DNA from: Opitutia bacterium KCR 482
GTDB taxonomy: Bacteria; Verrucomicrobiota; Verrucomicrobiia; Opitutales; Intestinicryptomonadaceae
Assembly: GCA_029269845.2 (NCBI GenBank)
Contig: CP149973.1
Span: 1,860,001-1,892,000 of the forward strand
Direction: 5' to 3'
DNA length: 32,000 nt
This document shows, in pieces, positions 8,952 through 18,310 of the stretch; the first letter of the stretch is position 1, and every line of letters begins with the position of its first letter. The notes under the pieces were generated by a model that saw only the letters and a list, made by a program, of their open reading frames with translations, was not told where the DNA came from and did not search any database. A program made the position numbers and the translations under genes.

Positions 8952-10055
8952 ATGTTGAAGGCAGGTATTGTGGGTTTGCCGAACGTCGGCAAAAGTACGC
9001 TGTTTAACGCGCTCACGCGCTCGCGCAAGGCGGAGGCTGCAAACTATCCGTTCTGCACGATTGAGCCGAACGTGGGAGTCGTGGAAGTTCCCGACGACAG
9101 GCTCGCGCCGCTTGCGGTCATCGCAAAGACGAACGTGATAATCCCCGCGGCGGTCGAGTTTGTGGACATCGCCGGTCTCGTCGCGGGGGCAAGCAAGGGC
9201 GAGGGGCTCGGCAACAAGTTCCTTGCGAACATACGCGAGGTAGACGCAATCGTGCAGGTCGTGCGCTGTTTCGACGACGACGACATTCTCCACAGCATGG
9301 GAAGCGTCGACCCGATTCGCGACATCGAGGTTATCTCCACCGAACTCATTTTAAGCGACCTCCAAAGCTGCGAAAAACAGCTCGACTCCAACGCCCGCAA
9401 GGCTAAGGGCATGGACAAAGAGGCAATCAAGAACGTCGAAATGCTCAAACGGCTCATCGAGCACCTAAACGCGGGAAAGCCCGCGTTCACCCTGCCCGAC
9501 GTTTCGGAGGAGGACTCCGCGCGGATAAAATCGTTCTTCCTGCTGACGTCGAAGCCCGTAATCTACGCGTGCAACGTCGGCGAGGGAGACCTCGGCGGAG
9601 ACTCGAACGAGTACGTCAAACGGGTTCGCGAATTCGCAAAAAACGAGCACAACGCGGGAACATGCGTGATTTGCGCGCGCCTCGAAGAGGAGCTTTCGTC
9701 GCTTTCGCCGGAGGAGTCGGCGGAATACCTGAAAGAGCTCGGCGTGGACGGCAGCGGCGTTTCCGAGCTTATCCGCGCCACATACGATTTGCTCGGCTTG
9801 GCGAGCTATTTCACCGCGGGCGAAAAGGAGGTTCGCGCGTGGACGTTCGTCAAGGGCATGACCGCCCCGCAGTGCGCGGGCGTAATCCACACCGATTTCG
9901 AGAAAGGTTTTATTAAAGCGGAGGTCGTTTCTTACGAAGATTTGATTGCCGCCGGAAGCGTCGCCCACGCGCGCGAAGCGGGCAAATACCGCTTGGAGGG
10001 CCGCGACTACGTTTTTCAGGACGGCGACGTCGCGCTCTTCCGCTTCAACGTTTAG
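8952..10055 (+). CDS. ychF: redox-regulated ATPase YchF
   Basis: 367 aa with G1 GLPNVGKSTLFNALT, G3 DIAGLV, and a C-terminal YchF/TGS-like block RAWTFVKGMTAPQCAGVIHTDFEKGFIKAEV. Confidence 0.93.
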   Translation: MLKAGIVGLPNVGKSTLFNALTRSRKAEAANYPFCTIEPNVGVVEVPDDRLAPLAVIAKTNVIIPAAVEFVDIAGLVAGASKGEGLGNKFLANIREVDAIVQVVRCFDDDDILHSMGSVDPIRDIEVISTELILSDLQSCEKQLDSNARKAKGMDKEAIKNVEMLKRLIEHLNAGKPAFTLPDVSEEDSARIKSFFLLTSKPVIYACNVGEGDLGGDSNEYVKRVREFAKNEHNAGTCVICARLEEELSSLSPEESAEYLKELGVDGSGVSELIRATYDLLGLASYFTAGEKEVRAWTFVKGMTAPQCAGVIHTDFEKGFIKAEVVSYEDLIAAGSVAHAREAGKYRLEGRDYVFQDGDVALFRFNV

Positions 10056-10058
10056 CGA

Positions 10059-10721
10059 ATGAGACATAAAGTCTTCGACAAATTATACCGCTTTTTTTCG
10101 TCGCCGGAACTGACGGTCGCCGTCATGCTCTACGGCGTCGCGCTGTCGCTTGCGGCGGTTTGCTTCGGGGCGGGCAACGGCGGCGGATTCTTCGAATGCT
10201 TTTTCTTTACGCTCGACTTCGGCGGGCTGAAAATTCCGCTCGCGGGCGGCTCCACGCTTGGGCTTGTCGCGCTTGCGAACATATTTCTCGGCGGACTGCG
10301 CTTTTTCAAATTCGGCGTGGCGGGTTTGGGCGCGTCGATTCTCCACATGGCGTTCGCGCTGCTGATTGTGTCGGCGGCGCTGCGGCATTTCGTCCGCGAG
10401 GAGGGCGCGATGACGCTTTCGGAAGTGCCGACGGCTTCGGTCACGCTGTCTTCGGGTGTCGAAAAAAAACTTCCGTTCGAGGTCTGGCTTGAAAATTCCG
10501 AAATGAAATTCCGCCGCGGCGGGGACGTGAAAACTGCGCCGTTCGGAGCGGGCAGACCCGCGTCGTTCGCGGGGTGGACTTTCTATAAAACGGCTTCGGG
10601 CGCGACCGCCGTGAAAAACCCCGCGCGGCTTCTGCCGTGGCTCGCAACGGGGGCTTCGTTTTTCGGAATGGCGGCGGTGCTGCTGCCGAAATTCGGAAGG
10701 AGGGGCGATGGCGGGCGTTAA
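10059..10721 (+). CDS. short ResB/CcsB-like membrane protein (cytochrome c biogenesis system II, putative)
   Basis: The N-terminus DKLYRFFSSPELTVAVMLYGVALSLAAVCFG resembles the ResB N-terminal TM region (..FFSS.K..i.l....a.s..GT). It is only 220 aa and overlaps the ccsA start by 14 nt. Confidence 0.45.
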   Translation: MRHKVFDKLYRFFSSPELTVAVMLYGVALSLAAVCFGAGNGGGFFECFFFTLDFGGLKIPLAGGSTLGLVALANIFLGGLRFFKFGVAGLGASILHMAFALLIVSAALRHFVREEGAMTLSEVPTASVTLSSGVEKKLPFEVWLENSEMKFRRGGDVKTAPFGAGRPASFAGWTFYKTASGATAVKNPARLLPWLATGASFFGMAAVLLPKFGRRGDGGR

Positions 10722-11763
10722 ATCGGCACTGTGCTCGGCGGCGGCAGTGGTTCTCGGCGCGTGCGCTCCGTACGCGGCGTCGCGCTTGGGATTTTCGGGC
10801 TTGCCGTTTGCCGCGCCGCGCGATTTTCTTGGCGGAAACTCGGGGTGGCTCTCCGAATTTTTCGCGGCGGCAAACCCGCTTTTTGCGGCGGTTCTTTTGT
10901 ACGGATTTTCGCTCGCGGCGTTTCTCGTTTCGGGCGCGCGCGGACGAACTCCGACTGTGGCGGCGCGGATTTTGGCGGCGGCGGTCGCAGCTCACGCGGC
11001 GGGCGCGGGTGTTGCGGCGTTTTTGTGCGGCGGAATGCCGCCGCTCGACGCGCCGGAAATTGCGGTGTTCATGGGCATTGCGGCGGCAGTCTTGGGGCTT
11101 TTGCTGTACGCTAAAAACCGCGGCGCGGAATGCGTGGTGTCGGGGGCGTCGGCGGGGCTTCTTTCGCTGCTTGTGGCAAACGCCGACGGGGCAGTCGGAT
11201 CGGTCGCGGCGTCGTTCGATTCGAACCTTCTGTTTTGGACTTACTACGCGGCGGTTGTCGCGGGCTTCGGCGGAAGCTTCCTTTGCGGCTTTGCGGCGAC
11301 ATTCCGCATAGCGGCAAACCCGCTTTCGCGCGGAAACTTCGGAATCTCCACGGGCGATACGGCAAAAACGGCATACGGCTTGCAGTGCTTCTCGCTCTTT
11401 TTTCTGCTGGTGGGAACAATGCTCGGCGGAATCTGGTCGGACTGCGTTTGGGGCAGGTTCTGGTCGTGGGATTCGCGCGAAATCGGGGTGTTTGCGGTTA
11501 TCCTGTGGACGGCGGCGGCAACCCACGCAAAACGCTTCAAACTTCTTTCCGACAGGGGCTATCTCGGCATGGCGGTCTTGGGGAACGCCCTATGCGCATG
11601 GGCGGTGTTCGGCATAGGCTCGGCCGCTTCCCATTCGGTCGGGGAAGGGCGAATAGGGCTGTATCTGTGGGCATTCGCGGGGCTTGAATTTGCCGCATGG
11701 CTTCTTACTTTCTATAAATACGCGGAAAAAAGTGGGACGGGCGACAAAAAAAGCTTGAATTAA
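10708..11763 (+). CDS. ccsA: cytochrome c assembly protein CcsA/ResC family
   Basis: 351-aa polytopic membrane ORF with a Trp-rich WWD-like motif, GGIWSDCVWGRFWSWDSREIG. Confidence 0.75.
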   Translation: MAGVKSALCSAAAVVLGACAPYAASRLGFSGLPFAAPRDFLGGNSGWLSEFFAAANPLFAAVLLYGFSLAAFLVSGARGRTPTVAARILAAAVAAHAAGAGVAAFLCGGMPPLDAPEIAVFMGIAAAVLGLLLYAKNRGAECVVSGASAGLLSLLVANADGAVGSVAASFDSNLLFWTYYAAVVAGFGGSFLCGFAATFRIAANPLSRGNFGISTGDTAKTAYGLQCFSLFFLLVGTMLGGIWSDCVWGRFWSWDSREIGVFAVILWTAAATHAKRFKLLSDRGYLGMAVLGNALCAWAVFGIGSAASHSVGEGRIGLYLWAFAGLEFAAWLLTFYKYAEKSGTGDKKSLN

Positions 11764-11801
11764 AAAAATAGGAGTCCATAACAAAAGACTTTCAAATACG
11801 G

Positions 11802-11878
11802 CGAGGTGTAGCTTAGCCTGGTAGAGCGCTACGTTCGGGACGTAGAGGCCGGTGGTTCGAATCCACTCACCTCGACCA
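11802..11878 (+). tRNA. tRNA-Pro (anticodon CGG), CCA encoded
   Basis: Hand-folded cloverleaf. Acceptor stem is CGAGGTG/CACCTCG, D stem GCTT/GAGC, anticodon stem CTACG/CGTAG with loop TT-CGG-GA, and T arm GGTGG-TTCGAAT-CCACT. The discriminator is A, followed by CCA. Confidence 0.9.
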
Positions 11879-11882
11879 TTTT

Positions 11883-11918
11883 AAAGCCCGCAATTCTTCA
11901 AGAGTTGCGGGCTTTTTT
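11883..11918 (+). terminator. rho-independent terminator after tRNA-Pro
   Basis: AAAGCCCGCAA..TTGCGGGCTTTTTT: a ~9-11 bp stem followed by T6. Confidence 0.7.
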
Positions 11919-12034
11919 GTAGGTGTTTATCGGGAATTGCGGTTGCTTTGAATGCGCATAAACGGCGCGTCTTGCGCTTGAAAATTCCGCCCGCGAGCCG
12001 CCCGACTTCGAAATTCCGATTTCGGGAATGCGGG

Positions 12035-13051
12035 TTAAATACCGAGTTTTTTTGCAACCGCCGCGGCTTTTGCCTCTATGTATTTGCGGGCGGTTTCGAT
12101 TTCCGACTTCCTTGCCGCCATGTTCTCGTTTGCGATATGCGAGAGGTCGTCCAAATTATACAGGTACAGGTCGTCGAGTTCGCCGCACGAAATTTCGATA
12201 TTCGGGGGCACGGAGAGGTCGATTAGGAACACCGGTTTGCCCCTGCGGGCGGACACCGCCGCCGCCGCGCGTTCCCTCGTTATCAGCGGGGTGGGCGAAT
12301 AGCTTGCGGTTATTGCGATGTCGAACAGCGGCAGGTTTGCGAGCGCGGTTTCGAGCGGCGATGCCTTTGCCCCGATTTGTTCCGCAAGGCGCAGGGCGTT
12401 TTCGAATTTTCTGCTGGCGACAGTCATGTTTGTCGCGCCCCTCACGAACAGCGCGTCCGCCACGAGTTTCCCCGCCTCGCCCGAACCCGCAAGCAGGATT
12501 TTCGCCTTTGAAACGTCGTCGAAAATTCTGCCCGCCAGTTCCGACGCCACCGAGCCGAGGCTGATTTTTCCGTGTCCGATGTCGGTGTTTGTCCTGACCC
12601 ATTTTGCGCATTGGCACGTCTTTTGGAAGACCGTGTTCAGCACCGCGCCGCAGTGCCGCGCGGCGGACGCCTGCGCGTATGCCGCCTTGACTTGCCCGAA
12701 AATTTCGGTCTCTCCCGTCATCTGCGATTGCAGTCCCGACGCCACTTCGAAGATGTGCCCGATCGCCTCGTCGCCGCATTTTGTGTACGAAAGTTTTTGG
12801 AATTTGCCGAAGTCGCGCCCCCTCGACGGCGTTTTTTCGAACGCTTTGAGCGCGTTTTCCGCGCCGCGTTCCGAGACGAAGTACAATTCGACCCTGTTGC
12901 ATGTGCTTAGAATCAGCGCTTCGGAAACTCCGTCGGCGTCCAGCAGCGTTTGTTCCGCCTCCGCCGCGCATTCTTTGGGCACGCCGCAAGAGCCGACGGT
13001 TTCGGCGTCCGCGCACATATGCGAAATTCCCACGACGTACAGTTTGCCCAT
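12035..13051 (-). CDS. hemA: glutamyl-tRNA reductase (short form, 338 aa)
   Basis: It has the catalytic-Cys motif STCNRVELY and the Rossmann motif ILLAGSGEAGKLVA. It ends soon after the start of the long C-terminal helix. Confidence 0.85.
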   Translation of the reverse strand: MGKLYVVGISHMCADAETVGSCGVPKECAAEAEQTLLDADGVSEALILSTCNRVELYFVSERGAENALKAFEKTPSRGRDFGKFQKLSYTKCGDEAIGHIFEVASGLQSQMTGETEIFGQVKAAYAQASAARHCGAVLNTVFQKTCQCAKWVRTNTDIGHGKISLGSVASELAGRIFDDVSKAKILLAGSGEAGKLVADALFVRGATNMTVASRKFENALRLAEQIGAKASPLETALANLPLFDIAITASYSPTPLITRERAAAAVSARRGKPVFLIDLSVPPNIEISCGELDDLYLYNLDDLSHIANENMAARKSEIETARKYIEAKAAAVAKKLGI

Positions 13052-13057
13052 GGCGGT

Positions 13058-14038
13058 TTAGCCGAATTTCAAATTGCGCATCGCAGAGCAAAATTCGAGA
13101 AGCCCCGCGTTGACCGCGGGAAATTTCCCAAGCGACTCCTCCGCGGCGGCGACGCGTCTTGAAAATTCCGCCGCGCAGATTTCGGGAATACCGAAGCTGC
13201 GCATAAGTTTTGCGATTTTTTCGGGCTGTTCGTTCGGCAGGTTTTTAGCCAAGCTTGCCGACTGCTCTGCGGGCAGTTTTTCCAAAAGCGCGATGAGCGG
13301 GAAAGTCTGCTTGCCAGAAATCAAGTCTGTGCCGAGCGTTTTGCCCGCGTCGCGTTCCGACATGAACCAGTCGCAAATGTCGTCGTAAATCTGGTAGGCG
13401 ATGCCGAGCTGTTTGCCCGCGTTTTCCGCGGCCTCGCGCCAGCCGTCGGGCGGCGTTCCCGCGGTCGCGCCGAGGTTGCACGCAAGCTCGAAGAGCGCGG
13501 CGGTCTTCCCGTAGGCGACTTCGTAGTATTTTTCGCGCGAGACAATCTCGGCCCTGTCGGCGAGCGTCTGCTTGATTTCGCCCTCGCAGACCGTGCGCAC
13601 GCAGTCCGCCGTTTTTTTGAGAACCGCCATGCTGTTTTCCTCGAACGCAAGCGACATCATGTGCGAGAATATTGCGTCGCCGAGCAAAATCGCGGTTTTC
13701 GCCCCGTATTTTTTGTAGGCGGTTTCGCTGTTGCGGCGCATGTCCGCCCTGTCGATGACGTCGTCGTGGATTAGCGTCGATAGGTGCACGAGTTCCGCGA
13801 TTGTCGCGCGGCGCACGAGCGACTTTTCGTCGGCGTCGGCGGGGGCTGAGGCGAACACGAGCATCGGGCGGATATATTTGCCGTTCGGCGAGATTGCCGC
13901 TCGCGCGGCGGCCCTCACCCCGTTTTCGAAAGTTTCGGCCTGATTCAACAGAAAGACCTTGAAGTCCTCCATTTTGGGCTTCAAGGTTTCGGCGATACCC
14001 CCGAAGGGGCTTTTCACACTGTCATGAAAATTATTCAA
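13058..14038 (-). CDS. polyprenyl diphosphate synthase (IspB-like, long-chain trans-prenyltransferase)
   Basis: 326 aa with two Asp-rich motifs, LIHDDVIDRADMRRN and QIYDDICDW. It lies 6 nt upstream of hemA on the same strand. Confidence 0.85.
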   Translation of the reverse strand: MNNFHDSVKSPFGGIAETLKPKMEDFKVFLLNQAETFENGVRAAARAAISPNGKYIRPMLVFASAPADADEKSLVRRATIAELVHLSTLIHDDVIDRADMRRNSETAYKKYGAKTAILLGDAIFSHMMSLAFEENSMAVLKKTADCVRTVCEGEIKQTLADRAEIVSREKYYEVAYGKTAALFELACNLGATAGTPPDGWREAAENAGKQLGIAYQIYDDICDWFMSERDAGKTLGTDLISGKQTFPLIALLEKLPAEQSASLAKNLPNEQPEKIAKLMRSFGIPEICAAEFSRRVAAAEESLGKFPAVNAGLLEFCSAMRNLKFG

Positions 14039-14161
14039 CGTCTTTCGATTCTTTCAAAAACATATTTTTTCGCAATTAAAAAATGAGGGGCGAAAAATTT
14101 TTTGGTCGGGCGCAAAAATATACTTGTCAGGGCGGCGGCAAAAGAGTTGATTTTTCGGTAT

Positions 14162-15691
14162 ATGGAAAAGCTCGCATTGATATCCGTAAGCGATAAAACA
14201 GGCATAGTCGAATTTGCGAAAGAATTGACGCGCCATCACGGCTATAAAATTCTTTCCACGGGCGGTACGGCGAAATTGCTCGCCGAAAAGGGAATCCCCG
14301 TAACGGAAGTAAGCGATTACACCGGTTTTCCCGAAATGATGGACGGCAGGGTCAAAACCCTCCACCCCAAAATCCACGGCGGTCTCCTCTGCCTGCGCTC
14401 GTCGGAAGAGCACATGAAGCAGGCGGCGGAACACGGAATTTCCATGATAGACTTGGTCGTCGTAAACCTCTACCCCTTTGAGGCGACCGTCGCAAAGCCC
14501 GGCTGCACCATCGCCGACGCAATCGAAAATATCGACATCGGCGGGCCCTCCATGCTCCGCTCGGCGGCGAAAAACCACGCAAGCGTGACCGTCGTCTGCG
14601 ACAACCGCGACTATCCCTCGGTAATCGAGGCAATGCGCAAGGGCGGCGAGGAATTGCAGAGCCTGCGCAGAAAGCTCGCCCTCAAAGTCTACCAGCGCAC
14701 GAGCGCGTACGACGCCGCAATTTCGAACTACCTCAACAAAAAGTTCAACGGCGAAGACGCCCTTCCCGAAACGCTCAATGTGGGTCTGCCGCTCGTCCAG
14801 AAAATGCGCTACGGCGAAAATCCGCACCAGCAGGCGGCTCTTTACGGCGACTTCGGCAAGTTTTTCCGCCAGCTCCACGGCAAGGAACTTTCCTACAACA
14901 ACATCATCGACATCAGCGCGGCGGCGACGCTCATCGCAGAGTTCGACAAGCCGACCCTCGCGATACTCAAACACACCAATCCCTGCGGCGTGGCTTCGTG
15001 CGACAACTTGGTCGACGCGTGGAATCAGGCTTTCGAAACCGACAAACAGGCTCCGTTCGGCGGCATAATCGTCGTGAACAGGAAGATGGAGGCGGACTTG
15101 GCGCAAATCATTTCGGGCATTTTCTCGGAAGTGATTATCGCCCCCGACTTCTCCGACGAGGCTCTCGAAATTCTCACAAAGAAAAAGAACCTCCGCGTGA
15201 TGATTTCCACTTTCAAAAAGGCGGAAGGCCTGCAACTCAAAAGCGTCGTGGGCGGAGTTCTCGCGCAGGACGCCGACGCAATCGAAGAGCTTAAAGAAAA
15301 CATGCAGGTTGTCTCCAAACGCCAGCCCACCGACGAGGAATGGCGCGCAATGCTCTTCGGCTGGAAGGTCGTAAAGCACGTCAAGAGCAATGCAATCGTC
15401 TACGCGGGCTGCGAGCGCACGCTCGGAATCGGCGCGGGGCAGATGTCGCGCGTTGACAGCTCGCAAATCGCGGTCTGGAAAGCGGAACAGGCTAAGCTTT
15501 CGCTCAAAGGCAGCGTTGTAGCTTCCGACGCGTTCTTCCCCTTCGCCGACGGTCTCGTTGCCGCCGCAAACGCGGGCGCGACCGCGGCAATACAGCCGGG
15601 CGGTTCCGTTCGCGACGCCGAAGTTATCGCCGCCGCAGACGAAAACAACATGGCGATGGTCTTTACAAAAGTCCGCCATTTCCGACACTAA
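14162..15691 (+). CDS. purH: bifunctional AICAR transformylase / IMP cyclohydrolase
   Basis: It has an MGS-like IMPCH N-terminus ([22 protein letters not shown]...GGTAKLL) and an AICARFT domain that continues to the C-terminal FRH. I prefer the ATG at 14162 over the ORF-track TTG at 14102. Confidence 0.93.
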   Translation: MEKLALISVSDKTGIVEFAKELTRHHGYKILSTGGTAKLLAEKGIPVTEVSDYTGFPEMMDGRVKTLHPKIHGGLLCLRSSEEHMKQAAEHGISMIDLVVVNLYPFEATVAKPGCTIADAIENIDIGGPSMLRSAAKNHASVTVVCDNRDYPSVIEAMRKGGEELQSLRRKLALKVYQRTSAYDAAISNYLNKKFNGEDALPETLNVGLPLVQKMRYGENPHQQAALYGDFGKFFRQLHGKELSYNNIIDISAAATLIAEFDKPTLAILKHTNPCGVASCDNLVDAWNQAFETDKQAPFGGIIVVNRKMEADLAQIISGIFSEVIIAPDFSDEALEILTKKKNLRVMISTFKKAEGLQLKSVVGGVLAQDADAIEELKENMQVVSKRQPTDEEWRAMLFGWKVVKHVKSNAIVYAGCERTLGIGAGQMSRVDSSQIAVWKAEQAKLSLKGSVVASDAFFPFADGLVAAANAGATAAIQPGGSVRDAEVIAAADENNMAMVFTKVRHFRH

Positions 15692-15697
15692 TATACG

Positions 15698-16522
15698 ATG
15701 GGTTTCGATATCTTCACGCTCAAAGGCAAAACGGCGCTCGCTTTTATCGCGGCGGCGTTCGCCGTGCTGTACATTCTTGCGGCGGGCGGCTGCGACTTCG
15801 GCAAAAGCGAAGTCGTAAAGGAGACCTCCGAAACCCATTTCGTTCGCGGTCAGGACGAACTCCGCAGGGGGAACGTCAAGGAGGCGATGAGCGCGTTCCT
15901 GAAAGTCGTTGAAAAACGCAAGGACGCGCCCGAATCGCATTTTGAATTGGGGCGTATATATCTCGACAATATGAACGACCCGATTCAGGCGATTTACCAT
16001 TTCAGAAAATTTCTCGAACTCAAACCGAACTCGCAGGTGTCGCCCATGGTGCGGCAGATGATTGAAACCGCGCAGAAAAAATTCGCGGCGTCCCTGCCAG
16101 AAAGCCCGTTCGAGAACAACGTGCGGCGGCTCGAATTGGAGGAGCTTCTCCAAAAAGTCCAGAAAGAGAACCTCGAACTCAAACAGCGTCTCGACGCCGC
16201 TGCAACCACGATAGAGTCGCTGAAAGCTTCGCAAAAGGTAAGCGTGGCGTCGGCGAGAGGCTCGCGCGAGGCGGCTTCGTCGGAGCGCAGACAGCAGCAG
16301 ACCCAACGCGCTGGCACGGCGCAAGCCCAACAGCAGACGGTCGAGGTAAGGCGCGACACGCCGTCGACGTACACGGTAATGCCTGGTGATACGCTTTCAA
16401 ACGTAAGCAGAAAAGTCTACGGAACAAAAAACAGGTGGCGCGAGATTTTCAACGCCAACCGCGACAGAATGGCGACGCCCGAATCCCTAAAACCGGGGCA
16501 GGTGTTGCGAATCCCGAGGTAG
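15698..16522 (+). CDS. LysM domain protein with N-terminal membrane anchor, TPR-like and coiled-coil regions
   Basis: The C-terminal LysM is TYTVMPGDTLSNVSRKVYGTKNRWREIFNANRDRMATPESLKPGQVLRIP. The N-terminal hydrophobic segment is ALAFIAAAFAVLYILAAGGC. Confidence 0.75.
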   Translation: MGFDIFTLKGKTALAFIAAAFAVLYILAAGGCDFGKSEVVKETSETHFVRGQDELRRGNVKEAMSAFLKVVEKRKDAPESHFELGRIYLDNMNDPIQAIYHFRKFLELKPNSQVSPMVRQMIETAQKKFAASLPESPFENNVRRLELEELLQKVQKENLELKQRLDAAATTIESLKASQKVSVASARGSREAASSERRQQQTQRAGTAQAQQQTVEVRRDTPSTYTVMPGDTLSNVSRKVYGTKNRWREIFNANRDRMATPESLKPGQVLRIPR

Positions 16523-16868
16523 GCGCGTGAAAGCACTTCCCTAAGGGCGTTTCTAACGGGGCGTCATAGCACCAGTCTAAGGGCGTTTCACGCGCGACCC
16601 AGACCGCTTACATACGCCAAGTATGCTACGCGCCCTGTTTCGCGCGTAAAGCCGACCTTATACTGGCACTTTGACGCCCCTAAAAACGGCGCGTTATAGC
16701 ACCGTTAATGCGGCGTTTCCCCGCATGCGCAGACCGCTCGCGTACAAAAGTACGCCACGCGTCCTGCGCATGCGTGAAAGCCACCGCCTGAACGGCACTC
16801 TAACGCGCCTAACAAATGAGTGCTAACGCACAAAGTTTTTTAGAATGCGTCGGGATAAAAGTTGAGTT
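16522..16868 (+). repeat. array of long-hairpin repeat units, locus B: partial left arm 16522-16556, complete units 16558-16680 and 16688-16809, tail 16810-16868
   Basis: The architecture and arms match 2445-2810. The outer arms are GGGGCGTCATAGCACCAG/CTGGCACTTTGACGCCCC (B1) and GGCGCGTTATAGCACCG/CGGCACTCTAACGCGCC (B2). The tail ends TTTTAGAATGCGTCGGGATAAAAGTT. Confidence 0.85.
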
Positions 16869-16878
16869 GATTGGTAAG

Positions 16879-16911
16879 CAGAGAATCCAAGTTTGCGGAT
16901 TTCCGTTTTTT
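16879..16911 (+). terminator. rho-independent terminator-like hairpin inside the composite repeat (probable terminator of the LysM gene)
   Basis: GAGAATCC-AAGTTTGC-GGATTTCC is followed by GTTTTTT. It is homologous to 2822-2862. Confidence 0.5.
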
Positions 16912-16916
16912 CTTTC

Positions 16917-17186
16917 TCCGCGCAAAGCGCGTCTGTTTAAATTAGTTTCTTTTCAGTGTTAAGCATTTCCCGATGTTAGTAATTGCCAGTGGCAATACGG
17001 ACTAAACGGGGATAGGCGCGGTTATAGCCGCGCCGCATAATCACAGAAAGGAGCGAAGCTCCGACGCCGTGCAGGCTGTAGCCTGCCGAAGTTCCGACGA
17101 CCGGCGCGGCTCGCGCCCGTGCAGGCTGCCAGCCTGTTGTAATTTGGGCAGTGTGTAGGCGTTTACCCAATGGGGGCGGATAATGG
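16917..17186 (+). repeat. composite-repeat module 2, copy B
   Basis: It has the same ordered blocks as 2864-3226. Hairpins: ATTGCC-AGT-GGCAAT (16982-16996), GGCGCGG-TTATAG-CCGCGCC (17015-17034) and GGAGC-GAA-GCTCC (17050-17062). Palindromes: GCAGGCT-GT-AGCCTGC (17071-17086) and CAGGCTG-C-CAGCCTG (17122-17136). Confidence 0.75.
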
Positions 17187-18177
17187 TTGATTTTGCGGGT
17201 GAATTTTTTCTTGTAAGAATATTTCGGTGTAGAATGTCGGAGAGGTTTTGCATGGCGATTATTCCGACGTCCCTGTTTTTTTGCTTCATGCCCGCGAATC
17301 GGCGTTCGTCTACTTCAAGCGTTGCAAGCCCGATGTCTCTTGGAACTTTCAGCCCCGCTTCTTCGAGCCATTCTTTTATATAGGATTCAAGGCAGAGTAT
17401 GGCGTCGGGCTTGTATTTTTTCAGCCAGTGGAAAAATTTTTTCTTCCGCTCTTTGTCCTTTTCGACGTAGAGAAAGGGCGGTATTCTCGATTTTTCGTCC
17501 AAGTTTATCTGCCCGCGCAAAAAGCCGCCCGTGAACCTGCCGTCTATGAGAAAGTCGATGTTGCCAGTAGTGGCAAGGCCGGGGCGTTTGTATCCGTATT
17601 CGATAATTTTAAGTGTTGAATAGTATGAAATAAGGAATTGGTCTGTAATTACGAAGTCTATTTCGGGATTTTTTGTCCGCAGTCCCGCCGAAATGAAATT
17701 GTATTTTTTTGCCAGCCGCGCGTACTGCTTTGGAAACATGTTTTTGTCGAGCAGCCCGGTCATTATCGCGCCCCTGATGTTTCTCGACTTGAAAATGGAG
17801 TCGAGCTTTTGCGGCGACATTGCGCGCGCGTCCAGATAAAATTCCTCCACGCAATAGCCGAGCCTGTCCGCCTCGCTCTTTATTCCCGATACGATTTCGG
17901 GGAAAGTCGGCTTGATTTCGAGCGTGTCGGACTTCGTGTAGAGTAGGGCAACGGTTTCCTGCTGCCAGTCCGTCTTTTTCGATTTCATCGCGCTCATCGC
18001 CGCGCTGATGAAGCCGTTTTTTTTGTATCCTAGCTTTCTCGCCGCCTCCCTTACCCGTTTTTTCGTCTCGTTCCTGATTTTGTCGGAGCCGTTCAATGCC
18101 ATCGAGACCGTAAATTTCGAAACGCCCGCATATTCGGCGATGTCTTTCATTGTTGTTCGGTTTTGTGAGCTGTTCAT
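17041..18177 (-). CDS. LacI-family transcriptional regulator
   Basis: The N-terminal HTH is TTMKDIAEYAGVSKFTVSMALNG, followed by a periplasmic-binding-protein-like core. An alternative start is M10 at 18150. The last ~48 codons (17041-17186) are encoded by repeat module 2. Confidence 0.85.
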   Translation of the reverse strand: MNSSQNRTTMKDIAEYAGVSKFTVSMALNGSDKIRNETKKRVREAARKLGYKKNGFISAAMSAMKSKKTDWQQETVALLYTKSDTLEIKPTFPEIVSGIKSEADRLGYCVEEFYLDARAMSPQKLDSIFKSRNIRGAIMTGLLDKNMFPKQYARLAKKYNFISAGLRTKNPEIDFVITDQFLISYYSTLKIIEYGYKRPGLATTGNIDFLIDGRFTGGFLRGQINLDEKSRIPPFLYVEKDKERKKKFFHWLKKYKPDAILCLESYIKEWLEEAGLKVPRDIGLATLEVDERRFAGMKQKNRDVGIIAMQNLSDILHRNILTRKNSPAKSTIIRPHWVNAYTLPKLQQAGSLHGREPRRSSELRQATACTASELRSFL

Positions 18178-18310
18178 GCTTATATTTCAGTTGTTTGCGG
18201 ATATAACTGTTATATAAAAAACGCAATCGGCGGAATTGCAATAATAAATTTTTTGTTCAATATTTGAAAACATCGCGGGGGCGATTGGAAATTCAAAAGC
18301 ACAAAAACAA

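Noticed and set aside
11802-11878. tRNA-Pro as the integration site of the defense island
   Set aside because: It lies about 12 kb from the composition break and is flanked on both sides by GC-rich core genes. No integrase or tRNA 3'-end direct repeat is visible in the window.
14054-16330. 758-aa minus-strand ORF antisense to purH and the LysM gene. Similar long antisense ORFs occur at 5901..7193, 10441..11526, 7927..8886, 2969..4069 and 6994..7905.
   Set aside because: All are antisense or out-of-frame shadows of genes with clear family motifs. They are Arg/Ala/Val-rich with no domain signatures, as expected from GC-rich codon bias.
18254-18272. Imperfect palindrome TGTTCAA-TAT-TTGAAAACA between the LacI gene and the divergent secreted-protein gene, considered as a LacI operator
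   Set aside because: Only 5 bp per arm pair cleanly (TTCAA/TTGAA). It lacks the central CG typical of LacI-family operators and sits in generally AT-rich promoter DNA. The evidence is too weak to call.
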